A stretch of DNA of 64,000 nucleotides. Origin: Burkholderiaceae bacterium (lineage in GTDB: Bacteria; Pseudomonadota; Gammaproteobacteria; Burkholderiales; Burkholderiaceae_C). The position numbers were made by a program, and so were the translations under genes. The notes under the pieces are model-generated. The model had not been told where the DNA came from, did not search any database, and saw only the letters and a program-made list of their open reading frames with translations. The stretch's first letter is position 1. Every line of letters starts with the position of its first letter. The stretch spans positions 37,138 to 101,137 of the forward strand of contig JANJVG010000124.1 in NCBI GenBank assembly GCA_024710165.1, in the 5' to 3' direction. Of this stretch, positions 18,111 through 27,398 are shown in pieces.

Positions 18111-18843
18111 GCAACCTATTCAAAACTAATTGAATATTATTGTCGATGAAGGTTTCTTTGGTATTCCAAAGCCCTAATGGCCCACGCAATCGCTCATTGA
18201 CAGTTTCTTTTGTCAATTTGGTTTGGAATACATACTTGTATCCCAGTGCATCTTCTTCGGGGGTAATTGTCAGAAGAGGTGATGTGTAGTCTTTTAGTGT
18301 TTTAAGGGGCACTTTCTTTGAAGCGAGTACTACAGTAAAGTACGCCTCAATTCCTGTACCTTTCAAAGACCCCTTGACTGGGGCTTTTGTCTCAATAACC
18401 ATTTCAGACTCATTCATGGAATCTGCAGTGTGAGAGATAAAGATTACATTCTTTGTTGATTTGGCGACGTATTGCTGCATCAAGTTCTTAAAGAACTGTG
18501 CGTAGTCCCCCCAGCTTTTCATGGTATTTGTGGAGTTCAGTACATAAACTGACTCAAACATTTCCATTAGAAAACTGAGGCTATCTACAACAATAGTGTG
18601 TACACCCTCAATTTCTTCAGCCTTGGAAAATGCTTCGTACACTTGCATTGGGTCAGTGATGACGAATCCCGCGTTACCATCAGGCCCTTTCATGAATTTG
18701 GCTTTGAAGGGAAGCCTCTTACCGGCCTCACAGTTGAGGTACATCACACCTTCAGGCTTTTCCAGGCCCATCAGCGAGGCAGATTTGCCTGTAGCTGACT
18801 TGCCGCAGAGAAGCACCAGGTGGTCATTGACTGCTTGTGTCAT
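18094..18843 (-). CDS. AAA/Sak4-like ATPase (N4 gp44-like)
   Basis: Walker A GKSATGKS, Walker B IVVDS; synteny. Confidence 0.85.
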   Translation of the reverse strand: MTQAVNDHLVLLCGKSATGKSASLMGLEKPEGVMYLNCEAGKRLPFKAKFMKGPDGNAGFVITDPMQVYEAFSKAEEIEGVHTIVVDSLSFLMEMFESVYVLNSTNTMKSWGDYAQFFKNLMQQYVAKSTKNVIFISHTADSMNESEMVIETKAPVKGSLKGTGIEAYFTVVLASKKVPLKTLKDYTSPLLTITPEEDALGYKYVFQTKLTKETVNERLRGPLGLWNTKETFIDNNIQLVLNRLHEYYV

Positions 18844-18883
18844 TGGTTTCCTTTGATTGATAAATTTGTTTGGCGCTGAAATG

Positions 18884-18918
18884 AAAAAAGCGACTGGAGT
18901 TAACCAGCCGCTTTTTAT
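18884..18918. terminator. Intrinsic terminator-like hairpin
   Basis: AAAAAAGCGACTGG-AGTTAA-CCAGCCGCTTTTT (one G-U pair in the minus-strand RNA). Confidence 0.6.
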
Positions 18919-18920
18919 TT

Positions 18921-18947
18921 TTCACAAAAGAGCCGAAGGCTCCTGTG
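18921..18947 (-). promoter_or_regulatory. Candidate vRNAP hairpin promoter 1 (template on + strand, +1 about 18925)
   Basis: TTCAC-AAAA-GAGCC-GAA-GGCTC-CTGTG; one of three copies. Confidence 0.6.
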
Positions 18948-18948
18948 A

Positions 18949-19395
18949 TTAGTTGTCGAACCAAAATACGATGCGAACATCGCCATGGTTCTCGGATAAG
19001 CCAATAAGACAATCAATGAGTTGTCTTAAATACACCATCAGTTCCTTGGCTTCTGGACCTGAAACCATGAGTTCCAGGTACTTCTCCATCAGTTCTTTTA
19101 GTGTCAGATGACTGTGCCCATAGCCCTCGAAGCCAAACGAATCGCTGACGCTCTGAACTTCTTCAGAGACATCCACAGGCATTCCACGTTGATGGAATGA
19201 CCATGGCCATGAAGCTCTTGCTCCGTCCAGTAGTAGTCCGTAGAACGGATACTTTTCTGGACATTGCACTCGCCTCATGGAAGCGTTGACCCAGCCAAAG
19301 CGGTTGGGTTTTTCTTCGTTGTAGGTGTGCCTTTCTGAAGCGCACCATTCACCGTTTACACGGACTTCTGAGTAAACATGGATACACGTTGCCAT
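18949..19395 (-). CDS. Hypothetical phage protein
   Basis: AGGAG RBS; 148 aa ending RIVFWFDN. Confidence 0.75.
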   Translation of the reverse strand: MATCIHVYSEVRVNGEWCASERHTYNEEKPNRFGWVNASMRRVQCPEKYPFYGLLLDGARASWPWSFHQRGMPVDVSEEVQSVSDSFGFEGYGHSHLTLKELMEKYLELMVSGPEAKELMVYLRQLIDCLIGLSENHGDVRIVFWFDN

Positions 19396-19463
19396 TAAAC
19401 TCTCCTTTTAATGGGGGAGGGTCAGCCCTGGCTACTTGAAGATCTCGTAACATCCCTCCCAAC

Positions 19464-21605
19464 TCACTGCCGTGATGCCAGTTGCTTCCCCACGGTCACC
19501 AGAATGGTTCCCATGATTTCAGCTTCGTCCAATTTATCGGGCATCTTGTGGTTGAGCTGAACCACTCGGCGGCGAATCTCTTCAAACCCCATTCCTGCAT
19601 CCAGGAGAATCATGGAATAGCGCAGCAACATGTTGTTGCGGTTGCCATCCCCGGAGTTGTTGAGCACCCATCGTTCCAGATTGTCCATCTGCTGCTGGGT
19701 TGTGAGTTGGGCCTTACGTTCCTCATTCTTACTGGTTTTGGGAATGAAAGGCAGCACATCAAGCAACTCACCATCGTTGTACTCAAAGTGCCCATCGTGA
19801 GAGAGCCATTTGCGCGCACGTTGATTGGTGCCGGTGTCCACTTCAAAGGGGAGCCATTCAAACAAGTTGGACATGAACTCTTTGTAATCCTTGGCATCCA
19901 ATTCCAATGTGTAGTTCATTGGGAAGATGATTCGGAACCTGGGTTCAGCATCGGTGTGGCGCTTCGTGGTGTACAGAAGGTACTTATAGTTCTTCAGCAG
20001 CATTCGCACCGTAGAAATGCAAGTGCCACCATCTACATCCACAACAGCCAGGTTGAAGCCAGTGAGACAACTGTCTTCTTGGCGATGGCCGTCAATCAGG
20101 TGATGATTGATCCAGTGGAGTCCTTGTGCCTGAGTCAGCTTGTGCAGCTTGTCAAAAGGAGCAACTTCATTCTTGTAGCCGACAGCAATGTCAGTGCTGT
20201 AAGCAACCTTCATGCGATCAAGATCAACAGCTTCCAAGGTCTCTCCACGCAAGAACTCAATCCCATCAGCGAATGACTTCTTGATGATGATGTTGTTCTT
20301 GTAGCCATAAGCAGTTGCCAGAGTCAGCATTTCTGCTTTCTGGCCAGATGCACCACGGTAGAAGGGAAGATCCTCTACCAGATCCGCTTGTGTCACTTCA
20401 CGCTTGCAAGTAGCGATGTACTTGGCCAGCTTGACGTAGTTGCGGTCACGGGTCAGAAGCTGATTGAAAGCTTCCCCAGATTCCTCTGCCAGCTTGATGG
20501 CTTGGTACAGGTGGTCGTCTGTCAGCACCATCGAGTTCTCGATGAAGGCATAGGCCCCTGCCAGCTTCAATGCCTTGAAGTAGCGGTGAGAGATTTCAGC
20601 CTTCTTGATTTCCTCATGCTCTGGGAGCTGATCGGCAATCCGCTCACAGTTCAAACGATACTCGATCAAGGTCAACGTGGTCTCTTTGCTGATAGTGATA
20701 CGTCGGTTGACGTTCACAATGTCAGCCAGGTTTTCCATGTAATTGGCAAAGTTTTTGACAAATTGATTGTCAGTCTGGTTTGTCATCATCTGATATACCT
20801 GTTCAGGTGTCAGATCCTTTGGCTTGTTGGCTGCACGGTTGTATCCAAAGAAGCAGCGGCGTGCATAGCCGGTTTCCAGCATTGCATACAGTTCTTCTTC
20901 AGTCTTGCCACCATTGAGCAACTTACTAGGTGCACCAAACAGAAGCATGTTGGTCGGAGTACGGCCAACAATTTCTTCAGCACGAATGTTGTCTGCAGTG
21001 TTCTTGATGAGCTTTTGCTTGATGGTGCCTACGTCATACAGCTCCAGGAAAGTGGTAAGCACTTCCAGGTTGCCGACAAGATTGGCCCCAATTTCATCAA
21101 TCTGAAGATTGACAGAACCCGCATCAGCCATCAGCAGCTTGTGGCGCATTTGCTTCACAGCAGCAGGAGTGCCAGAGTCAAAGTTGAAAGCCAGATTGCC
21201 CAGGCTATCGAACTCTTTTTGCACTTTCAATAGTTCATCGTCTGGATCAGTTCCCTTGCGTACAGCGCGCTTGTGTGCGAGTTTTGGTAAGTTCTCTTCA
21301 GCCAGCATGGGAAAGGTTTCATTGATGAATCGCTCACGGAACAGGTGCAACACCTCGTTCTCCATGAAACCAGTTGACACACCTTTGCCAGTTCCAGATG
21401 GTGACAGGTTCAGTGCAAACATGCTGATGGGAATGTCTCCCCGATCATGTGTAGCAATGGTTGCCCGCATTTGAGATGCTGCCATGGCAAAGTAGTAGCC
21501 CACAAGTACCCGAAGGAACAAGGGATTCATCCGTGTCTTGTGGCACAGAATATCCACCAGCTTTTCAGCCGATGGGTTGTATTGCATTTCGTCAAATGAT
21601 TTCAT
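19464..21605 (-). CDS. DNA primase-like replication protein (N4 gp43-like)
   Basis: 713 aa; P-loop SPSGTGKG, prim-pol VVDVDGG and YTTKRH, C-terminal GNRNNML; synteny. Confidence 0.85.
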   Translation of the reverse strand: MKSFDEMQYNPSAEKLVDILCHKTRMNPLFLRVLVGYYFAMAASQMRATIATHDRGDIPISMFALNLSPSGTGKGVSTGFMENEVLHLFRERFINETFPMLAEENLPKLAHKRAVRKGTDPDDELLKVQKEFDSLGNLAFNFDSGTPAAVKQMRHKLLMADAGSVNLQIDEIGANLVGNLEVLTTFLELYDVGTIKQKLIKNTADNIRAEEIVGRTPTNMLLFGAPSKLLNGGKTEEELYAMLETGYARRCFFGYNRAANKPKDLTPEQVYQMMTNQTDNQFVKNFANYMENLADIVNVNRRITISKETTLTLIEYRLNCERIADQLPEHEEIKKAEISHRYFKALKLAGAYAFIENSMVLTDDHLYQAIKLAEESGEAFNQLLTRDRNYVKLAKYIATCKREVTQADLVEDLPFYRGASGQKAEMLTLATAYGYKNNIIIKKSFADGIEFLRGETLEAVDLDRMKVAYSTDIAVGYKNEVAPFDKLHKLTQAQGLHWINHHLIDGHRQEDSCLTGFNLAVVDVDGGTCISTVRMLLKNYKYLLYTTKRHTDAEPRFRIIFPMNYTLELDAKDYKEFMSNLFEWLPFEVDTGTNQRARKWLSHDGHFEYNDGELLDVLPFIPKTSKNEERKAQLTTQQQMDNLERWVLNNSGDGNRNNMLLRYSMILLDAGMGFEEIRRRVVQLNHKMPDKLDEAEIMGTILVTVGKQLASRQ

Positions 21606-21627
21606 GGATTGATCTTGGTTGATTGGT

Positions 21628-22626
21628 TTATACGTTCAGCAGTAAGTCTCCTGCTGCAATGAGCTGATCCTTCTGGCTACAGATCGAGAATCCAGCACAG
21701 TATCTGCAAGCAGTCACATGGCCAGGTTGCTCAATCACGATACCTACATGACCATCTTCTGCAAGACGAAGATAGGCATCCTGTTTATCCTCAAAGTTTT
21801 TAGTACTTCGTGAAGTCTTTGCAGGATTCTTGTAGTACTTGAACACTGGTTCAGATCGCCACAGTTCTTCGTCAGAACAGTAGGGAATGTCTTCCTCTTT
21901 GGCATCCCAGTACTGCTCAATCAAACGCAACTTGCGTGCGATGAAAGCATCAGTCTCTTGTAGAGACTTCAGTTTCAACACACGTTGTTGTATGCGAGAT
22001 TGGGGGTAGTTAGGATCGGTCCTGGCTTTGGCAGCGGACCAATCAGTGAAAATGAACTGGATAGCCATTTCATCCCGAGTAATGATGTCAGGATTAAGCC
22101 AACGATAAATACTGCCTTGAAGAATGTAGTCATTGTCCTTGGATTTATTGATGGCGGTATAGGTGGAGGTGCTTTTGAAGTCCTCTACACGACCATCACC
22201 AACAAAGTCGTACTTACCGCCAATGGTCCATTTACCCAGTTTCCTGTAGCCACGTTGCTCCAGGTAAATCGGGATGGTTCCATCTTCAAGTTCTTCTTTG
22301 GCTGGGTTGATCTTGACTTTCTCGATCACCTTGGCTGGATAGCCCAGGATCTCAAGAGCACCCTTGTAGTTGGTTTTCCAGGCTCGTTCAATCGAGTCAT
22401 GGATTGCTGCACCCATACGGGATGCCACCATGTTGGTCAGATCCACCGCAACATCATCACCCTTGACCCTTGAGGACAAAATCAACTGTCGGAGGGGTTT
22501 GATGAGGGAGGTTGCAGAGATATAGTGAGGGTCATCCACATAGTCGTACTGGTCAGTAGCTAGAAACACAGCCATAGACAACGGGACATTGGAGACATTG
22601 GCATACCTTTGTTGCATAGGACGCAT
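21628..22626 (-). CDS. PD-(D/E)XK exonuclease (N4 gp42-like)
   Basis: G.AIH, GKYD..VEDFKST, Q..IY, C-terminal CRYC..C. Confidence 0.85.
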   Translation of the reverse strand: MRPMQQRYANVSNVPLSMAVFLATDQYDYVDDPHYISATSLIKPLRQLILSSRVKGDDVAVDLTNMVASRMGAAIHDSIERAWKTNYKGALEILGYPAKVIEKVKINPAKEELEDGTIPIYLEQRGYRKLGKWTIGGKYDFVGDGRVEDFKSTSTYTAINKSKDNDYILQGSIYRWLNPDIITRDEMAIQFIFTDWSAAKARTDPNYPQSRIQQRVLKLKSLQETDAFIARKLRLIEQYWDAKEEDIPYCSDEELWRSEPVFKYYKNPAKTSRSTKNFEDKQDAYLRLAEDGHVGIVIEQPGHVTACRYCAGFSICSQKDQLIAAGDLLLNV

Positions 22627-22637
22627 CCTTTTTGATT

Positions 22638-22664
22638 TTCACAAAAGCGCAGAATGCGCCTGTG
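22638..22664 (-). promoter_or_regulatory. Candidate vRNAP hairpin promoter 2 (+1 about 22642)
   Basis: TTCAC-AAAA-GCGCA-GAA-TGCGC-CTGTG directly upstream of the nuclease gene. Confidence 0.6.
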
Positions 22665-22667
22665 GTG

Positions 22668-22805
22668 TTATGGAGAAGGAACAAAGAAACCAGCTATAAA
22701 ACAGAGCACGGCTACAGCTAACCAAAAGAGTAGGTTAGCAATCAAGTGCTCTTTAACGCTGCTCTTCTTGTCCTCAGTTTTCGATGCTTGTTCTGTAGTA
22801 ATCAT
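22668..22805 (-). CDS. 45-aa membrane peptide (not in ORF track)
   Basis: MITTEQASKTEDKKSSVKEHLIANLLFWLAVAVLCFIAGFFVPSP*; fills the gap in the operon. Confidence 0.5.
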   Translation of the reverse strand: MITTEQASKTEDKKSSVKEHLIANLLFWLAVAVLCFIAGFFVPSP

Positions 22806-22992
22806 CCAGAGCACCTTGGTAGTTGTCTGTATCAACAACCCAAACAATGTTAGCGTCTGGAATGTTGTTTAGGCATTGCTGTTCTGCATCGTCAGTGTCT
22901 TTTGCAGAGCAGGAATATCCAAATGGAGCCTCCAGGTCAGACATGATTGCGTTGAGCCGATAAAAGACGATGTAGTGCTTCATGTTATTCAT
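22774..22992 (-). CDS. Hypothetical phage protein
   Basis: MNNMKHYIVFY start after an AAGGA RBS, ATGA-coupled to the upstream ORF. Confidence 0.65.
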   Translation of the reverse strand: MNNMKHYIVFYRLNAIMSDLEAPFGYSCSAKDTDDAEQQCLNNIPDANIVWVVDTDNYQGALDDYYRTSIEN

Positions 22993-23198
22993 GTTGTTTC
23001 CTTTTGCTGAGTTTCCAGAATAGTCAGGTACTGCAGTGGATTCCTTGGCTTTCCGTAAGGATCGTGGGATACCTTTTCGTAACAAGCTGGGCAGAGATTC
23101 CCGGAAATTCCAAAGTAGTTCCTAACATGCCACCACTGGCCTTGTGGGTTTGTGGTGTGGCAGTTGGTGCAGGGACGGTGATTGGGCAAAGTGGTCAC
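22989..23198 (-). CDS. Small Zn-finger protein
   Basis: CTNC..CPAC; ATGA overlaps on both sides. Confidence 0.65.
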   Translation of the reverse strand: MTTLPNHRPCTNCHTTNPQGQWWHVRNYFGISGNLCPACYEKVSHDPYGKPRNPLQYLTILETQQKETT

Positions 23199-23440
23199 AC
23201 CGGCTCCGTATGGCCCATGGCTTCCATGATCTGAGCTTCCAGTGCATGGATGTCATTGGTGTTCATCTTGTTTTCCAGCCAGGCAGCAGGTCTGCCATTG
23301 CGGTCACAGACGGTATATTCCAGATCCCAGCCTCCGTAGTAATCAATGTCGTTATCGGCATTGAGGTTCGGGGCTAAGTGACGGGCATGGTGAACCCGCA
23401 CCAATGCGGGTATGCCCTTAATGCGGGTTTCGATGTCCAT
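23195..23440 (-). CDS. Hypothetical phage protein
   Basis: 81 aa; DRNGRPAAWLE motif; coupled to its neighbours. Confidence 0.7.
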   Translation of the reverse strand: MDIETRIKGIPALVRVHHARHLAPNLNADNDIDYYGGWDLEYTVCDRNGRPAAWLENKMNTNDIHALEAQIMEAMGHTEPV

Positions 23441-23443
23441 GAT

Positions 23444-23650
23444 TTACCAATAGCTTGCGGATTCCTCGTAACCTTCGGGCAAAGGATCGGGGCCCCCTGT
23501 TTCAATGATGTCGTGGTCACGAAGAACAAAATTGACCTGAAAGCCGGGAGGCAATAGGTCGCCGTAGATGCCATGTAAACTTCCGCCACGGATGTCCACA
23601 TAAAGCGTGTACACAGGCTCTCCTGTGCTGGGTTCGGTGTCAGTGGGCAT
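23444..23650 (-). CDS. Hypothetical phage protein
   Basis: 68 aa, acidic, RBS present. Confidence 0.55.
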   Translation of the reverse strand: MPTDTEPSTGEPVYTLYVDIRGGSLHGIYGDLLPPGFQVNFVLRDHDIIETGGPDPLPEGYEESASYW

Positions 23651-23873
23651 GGAGTTTCCTCATGAGTTCCTGGGTGTCTTGTGCCCTCTTCTTTAAGAGG
23701 CAGTAGGTGTGCTCACGGAACAGGTTGGTGTAGTAGCTGGCAGGCTTGCCAGATAGATCCTTGGCTGCACGCTCTGCAGCAGAAGGAACCAGTTGAATAG
23801 GCTTGCCGCAGAGAGTGCAGTTCACGGTGTATTCCCGAAAAGTATTCGCTTGCTTGCAATGTAGGCATTCCAC
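23640..23873 (-). CDS. Small Zn-ribbon protein
   Basis: CLHC..CTLC. Confidence 0.5.
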   Translation of the reverse strand: MECLHCKQANTFREYTVNCTLCGKPIQLVPSAAERAAKDLSGKPASYYTNLFREHTYCLLKKRAQDTQELMRKLHAH

Positions 23874-24016
23874 GCTTCGTTGCTGCGTACATTTGCCTGT
23901 GCTCTTAAAGAAACAGAGTAGGGTTTGTCCTCTTCAATCAAATGCAAGCGTTTCGCCCGTCGATACCTGTACGCAAGGTTGGCCACTATTTGTCGGGCAA
24001 CTGGGTTTTCTTTCAT
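23822..24016 (-). CDS. Hypothetical basic protein
   Basis: MKENPVARQ start after GGGAG; ATGA-coupled. Confidence 0.55.
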   Translation of the reverse strand: MKENPVARQIVANLAYRYRRAKRLHLIEEDKPYSVSLRAQANVRSNEAWNAYIASKRILFGNTP

Positions 24017-24141
24017 GAAATACTCCCGATATATCCTGGCGGGTAACCGGCGCAGGAGTTCCTGACTTGCTCGTAGGAGCCAAATCGCTGGAACACCTGA
24101 TTGGAGTACCCGTCCCAAAGACTGATGTTCCAGTTTTTCAT
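24013..24141 (-). CDS. 42-aa hypothetical peptide (not in ORF track)
   Basis: MKNWNISLWDGYSNQVFQRFGSYEQVRNSCAGYPPGYIGSIS*; starts 3 nt after the ligase stop. Confidence 0.45.
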   Translation of the reverse strand: MKNWNISLWDGYSNQVFQRFGSYEQVRNSCAGYPPGYIGSIS

Positions 24142-24144
24142 GGC

Positions 24145-25143
24145 TTACTCATACTTCAGGAGCCAGGCGTTGGACACTGCCTTGAAGGTTTTGTCCGAGT
24201 GCTCGGACTTGTAAACCAGCCCTTCGCGCTTGCAAGGTGCAATGGCGGAGGTGCCTTCTGCGCTTGCTAGGATTTCTTCCTTGGTCAAGTGCACCAGGGT
24301 CATGGTGGTGAGCACAGGCACATGTCGGATGCCGAGCATTTCGATCAACCCCTGGCGGGCTGTTGGCCTCCAGTAGCCGATTCCTACTTGGTACACATCA
24401 AAGGCAAAGAACTCCAGGCCCAGTTGATAGTTGTTGCCGTTGATGCCGGTGCCGCACAGCTCTCCTTGGATGGCGTAGCCTCGCAGGTTCAGGTCGCGCA
24501 TCTTCTGCTCGATGCCGTACTTGTAGGCAGCTTTCCAGTACGAGTTGTTTTCGTCTGGTTTCAGGTCAAGATTGCGAGAGCAGACATGGAATTGGCCTTC
24601 CGTATCCAGATAGAAAGTGCAGGAGGCTCCATGTAGCTTTTCTGTGACTTCGTAGGTGTCATCCAGATACTCTTCTAGGCGAATGTTCTGTACCCGTTCC
24701 TGATCCGTCTTTGGAATGGCAGATGGGAAGTTGCCTCGTACTTGTCCAGCCAGTTGAGCTGGAATTGGTGCTTCCCATTTCTGGATTCCTAGTGTTTCAG
24801 TTACGTCTGTACCGACAATATCCACACTGGTTGTAGGAGGGAGTGCAAATGCGAAAGACAGAGGTAGTAGTAGTCCTTGGCTCAATTGCCCACGGAGTCG
24901 AACAGTACGAAGGCGCTCACCTTTCACACCGTTGAACTCCTTGGGTTCTTTCTTGGAAAGGAAAGGTGCCAGTTCATTGGGAATCCAGGAGTCAATCTCA
25001 CAATAGATTGCAAGATCACCCGGTTGGTATTCGCCTTTCTTGACTACTACCTTCCATCCACCAATGACAGCGCACTCGATAGCGTCTGCATTGGGGATAG
25101 GTTGAATAGCGTCAATACGACGCACAGTGGCCATTTGCCTCAT
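24145..25143 (-). CDS. ATP-dependent RNA ligase, DRB0094/Rnl5 family
   Basis: N-terminal OB-like IPNADAIE..YCEIDS, motif I TEKLHGAS, IQGE, FFAFDV, REGLVYK, FKAVSN. Confidence 0.88.
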   Translation of the reverse strand: MRQMATVRRIDAIQPIPNADAIECAVIGGWKVVVKKGEYQPGDLAIYCEIDSWIPNELAPFLSKKEPKEFNGVKGERLRTVRLRGQLSQGLLLPLSFAFALPPTTSVDIVGTDVTETLGIQKWEAPIPAQLAGQVRGNFPSAIPKTDQERVQNIRLEEYLDDTYEVTEKLHGASCTFYLDTEGQFHVCSRNLDLKPDENNSYWKAAYKYGIEQKMRDLNLRGYAIQGELCGTGINGNNYQLGLEFFAFDVYQVGIGYWRPTARQGLIEMLGIRHVPVLTTMTLVHLTKEEILASAEGTSAIAPCKREGLVYKSEHSDKTFKAVSNAWLLKYE

Positions 25144-25146
25144 TAG

Positions 25147-25416
25147 TTACTCCTTTGGTTTGTTAATCTCAAGCCAACGATTCAAAGTATCCCTGGCTTC
25201 ACGAATGTCGTCATACTTGCTCTTGCCTCCTGTACGTACTCCAGATAGCAGGAGTTTTTTAGAGGCATGCTGAATGGCCCCAGAAGGATCATCCACAGCA
25301 AATAAGTGGTGCACCATGTACACATCGACTTCCCGAAGATGGGTAACGTCTTTGTAGTACTTGGGGTATTTGATGGCGGTATTGGATGGGGTATTAATCA
25401 CGTAATGCTTGTCCAT
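25147..25416 (-). CDS. Conserved phage hypothetical protein (DUF3310-like)
   Basis: VDVY..IQHASKKLL.SG.RTGGKS..DDIREA; start taken at MDKHY. Confidence 0.6.
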   Translation of the reverse strand: MDKHYVINTPSNTAIKYPKYYKDVTHLREVDVYMVHHLFAVDDPSGAIQHASKKLLLSGVRTGGKSKYDDIREARDTLNRWLEINKPKE

Positions 25417-25447
25417 AAAAAGAAAAGCCACCCGAAGATGGCTTTCC
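25417..25447 (-). terminator. Intrinsic terminator downstream of RNR
   Basis: Minus strand GGAAAGCCATC-TTCG-GGTGGCTTTTCTTTT. Confidence 0.7.
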
Positions 25448-25463
25448 GTTGGTTGCTGATCAA

Positions 25464-27320
25464 TCAGTAGTTCAGTTCGCAAGCCCCGCCTGCACACGCT
25501 GCTTCTGCAACCAGATTAACTGCATCCCCATTGCTCTCACGAACTTGGGAAATGTCAATCTGCTTGAGTAAGGGCAGCAGCTTTTCGTAGTGCTCTTGGG
25601 TAATGTCCTCAAAAGGCATTTGAGGATAGGCTGTCGATCCAAAGTACGGGAGCACAGAGATTCCGTTATAGGAATGTCGGTTTTCCCACATCCACTCCAC
25701 CAAGATACCCCATTCATCGTCTTTGACGGAAATGGTGCAACTGACGTTATGGGTATTGTCGCCTTTGATATGACCGGAGTTGACCCAGGTATTAGCCACC
25801 TGTTTAACTCGTTCCAGCAAAGCCATCATGGATTCGTTTCTCATCATGGCACCTTCTGGAGCTTTCTGTGGGAAAGACAGAACATACTGATTTTCATCAG
25901 TTACGTCGATCTCCACCAACTCAGGTACTGCTTTGCCCATATATTGAGCGATGGCTTCATCTTTACCTGCCCGCATCCGACGAATGTAGTAAGGGGCGTG
26001 CCAAGCATGAATGCCAGAGCTGGTTCCAAGCACAAGGCTGGTTGTACCCGCTGGCTTCACACAGGTAACCCGTGCTGCTGGATTGATTCCGATCTTGGCT
26101 GCAAAGGCTACATTGGCTTGTTTTGCGGCTTCTGCAGCTTGAGCCATGTCCAGGTGTTTCAGATTACCTGAAGCAATGCCTGTCATGGATACACCCAGAA
26201 GTGCTTCTTCCTCACAGGCAATGCGCCACTTGGGATTCAGGTAATGGAAATCGGTATAACCAGCTTGCAGCGTTCCCAGAATGGCTGCAGCTCGTGCTGC
26301 TGCATTGAAGCTGTCTTGCCCATCCAAAGCACCTGCATTGATTTCTGTGAGGTTGCACATCTGATAAGGCTTCAGTGCAATTTCACAGCAGGGGTTAGTG
26401 CCCCAGTCAGTGTTATTGGTCCAGTAAACACCTGGCTCACCACAACCACTGTCTTCTACTTTTTTCATCAGCTCAGTGAACTCTTGAAGAGTCACTTCGC
26501 CACGAGGCAGTACCGCAGAATTATTCGCCCGAGCACGTTCAGGGTGCGTGATATACCACTCTCCCGCCTTGCATGTGAGCATCTCTTGATCGTTACGATC
26601 AAAGAGGCAAATCATGGCAGCACGGCGAATGCCTCCTGCGCGTACAGAGTCTGCGATATAGCAGGCAATGTCGTGGACTTCCAATGGGGTGAGCTTGCGG
26701 CCCTGTGCCTGGCGGAATACCTGGGTGATTTGGGTAATGCACTTACGCAGTGGCTCTGGGCCAGGGGCTTTTCCACCAGTCGTGAGTAGATCCGAGCCTT
26801 TTTCACGAATGTCGCGGTAATCAAATAGTGGCAATGTGCCTCCTTGCAGGAAGGCTTTGGCCACTACCTTGACTGCATCAGCCCAGCCAATGATGGAGTC
26901 TTGAATCTGGAATTTGTATTCCTCATCCGACTCTGGTGCTTTCACCTTGGGCAGTTGTTTGACGTGCTGCTTTTGTACTGAATACCCCACTCCAGTGCCT
27001 CCCAGCAGCAAGAACATCAATTCACTGAAGAATTTATGGCTTTCTGCTGGCATGTAAGCACAGTTGAAAATCCGGCTTTCTGTCATTTCAATGGGTCGCC
27101 CACCAAACTGAAGGGAGCGCATTGAAGGGAGAACCCTCTTGGGGAATACAAAGTTCTGATAAACAAACGCGATTTCGTCAGCGATATGGGGATACTTTTT
27201 TTGATGCATCTCCTGGTTTCGCTGAACGATTTCTTGCCAGTTTTCCCTGCGTCCTTCTTCGGGGAGATACTTGGCATATTTGTTGAAAACGGTGACATCT
27301 GCAAGGGCTTGTTTATCCAT
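25464..27320 (-). CDS. nrdJ: Class II (adenosylcobalamin-dependent) ribonucleotide reductase
   Basis: FNCAY, IRRAA, TNPCCEI, KPAGTTS, C-terminal CAGGAC; no beta subunit nearby. Confidence 0.85.
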   Translation of the reverse strand: MDKQALADVTVFNKYAKYLPEEGRRENWQEIVQRNQEMHQKKYPHIADEIAFVYQNFVFPKRVLPSMRSLQFGGRPIEMTESRIFNCAYMPAESHKFFSELMFLLLGGTGVGYSVQKQHVKQLPKVKAPESDEEYKFQIQDSIIGWADAVKVVAKAFLQGGTLPLFDYRDIREKGSDLLTTGGKAPGPEPLRKCITQITQVFRQAQGRKLTPLEVHDIACYIADSVRAGGIRRAAMICLFDRNDQEMLTCKAGEWYITHPERARANNSAVLPRGEVTLQEFTELMKKVEDSGCGEPGVYWTNNTDWGTNPCCEIALKPYQMCNLTEINAGALDGQDSFNAAARAAAILGTLQAGYTDFHYLNPKWRIACEEEALLGVSMTGIASGNLKHLDMAQAAEAAKQANVAFAAKIGINPAARVTCVKPAGTTSLVLGTSSGIHAWHAPYYIRRMRAGKDEAIAQYMGKAVPELVEIDVTDENQYVLSFPQKAPEGAMMRNESMMALLERVKQVANTWVNSGHIKGDNTHNVSCTISVKDDEWGILVEWMWENRHSYNGISVLPYFGSTAYPQMPFEDITQEHYEKLLPLLKQIDISQVRESNGDAVNLVAEAACAGGACELNY

Positions 27321-27398
27321 AGGTTAGCTTAGGTTATTGATCTGAAGGTGCCTGGTTAGACACCTGGTTAAAGCGGGAACAGCAGTGTAATGGGTCTC

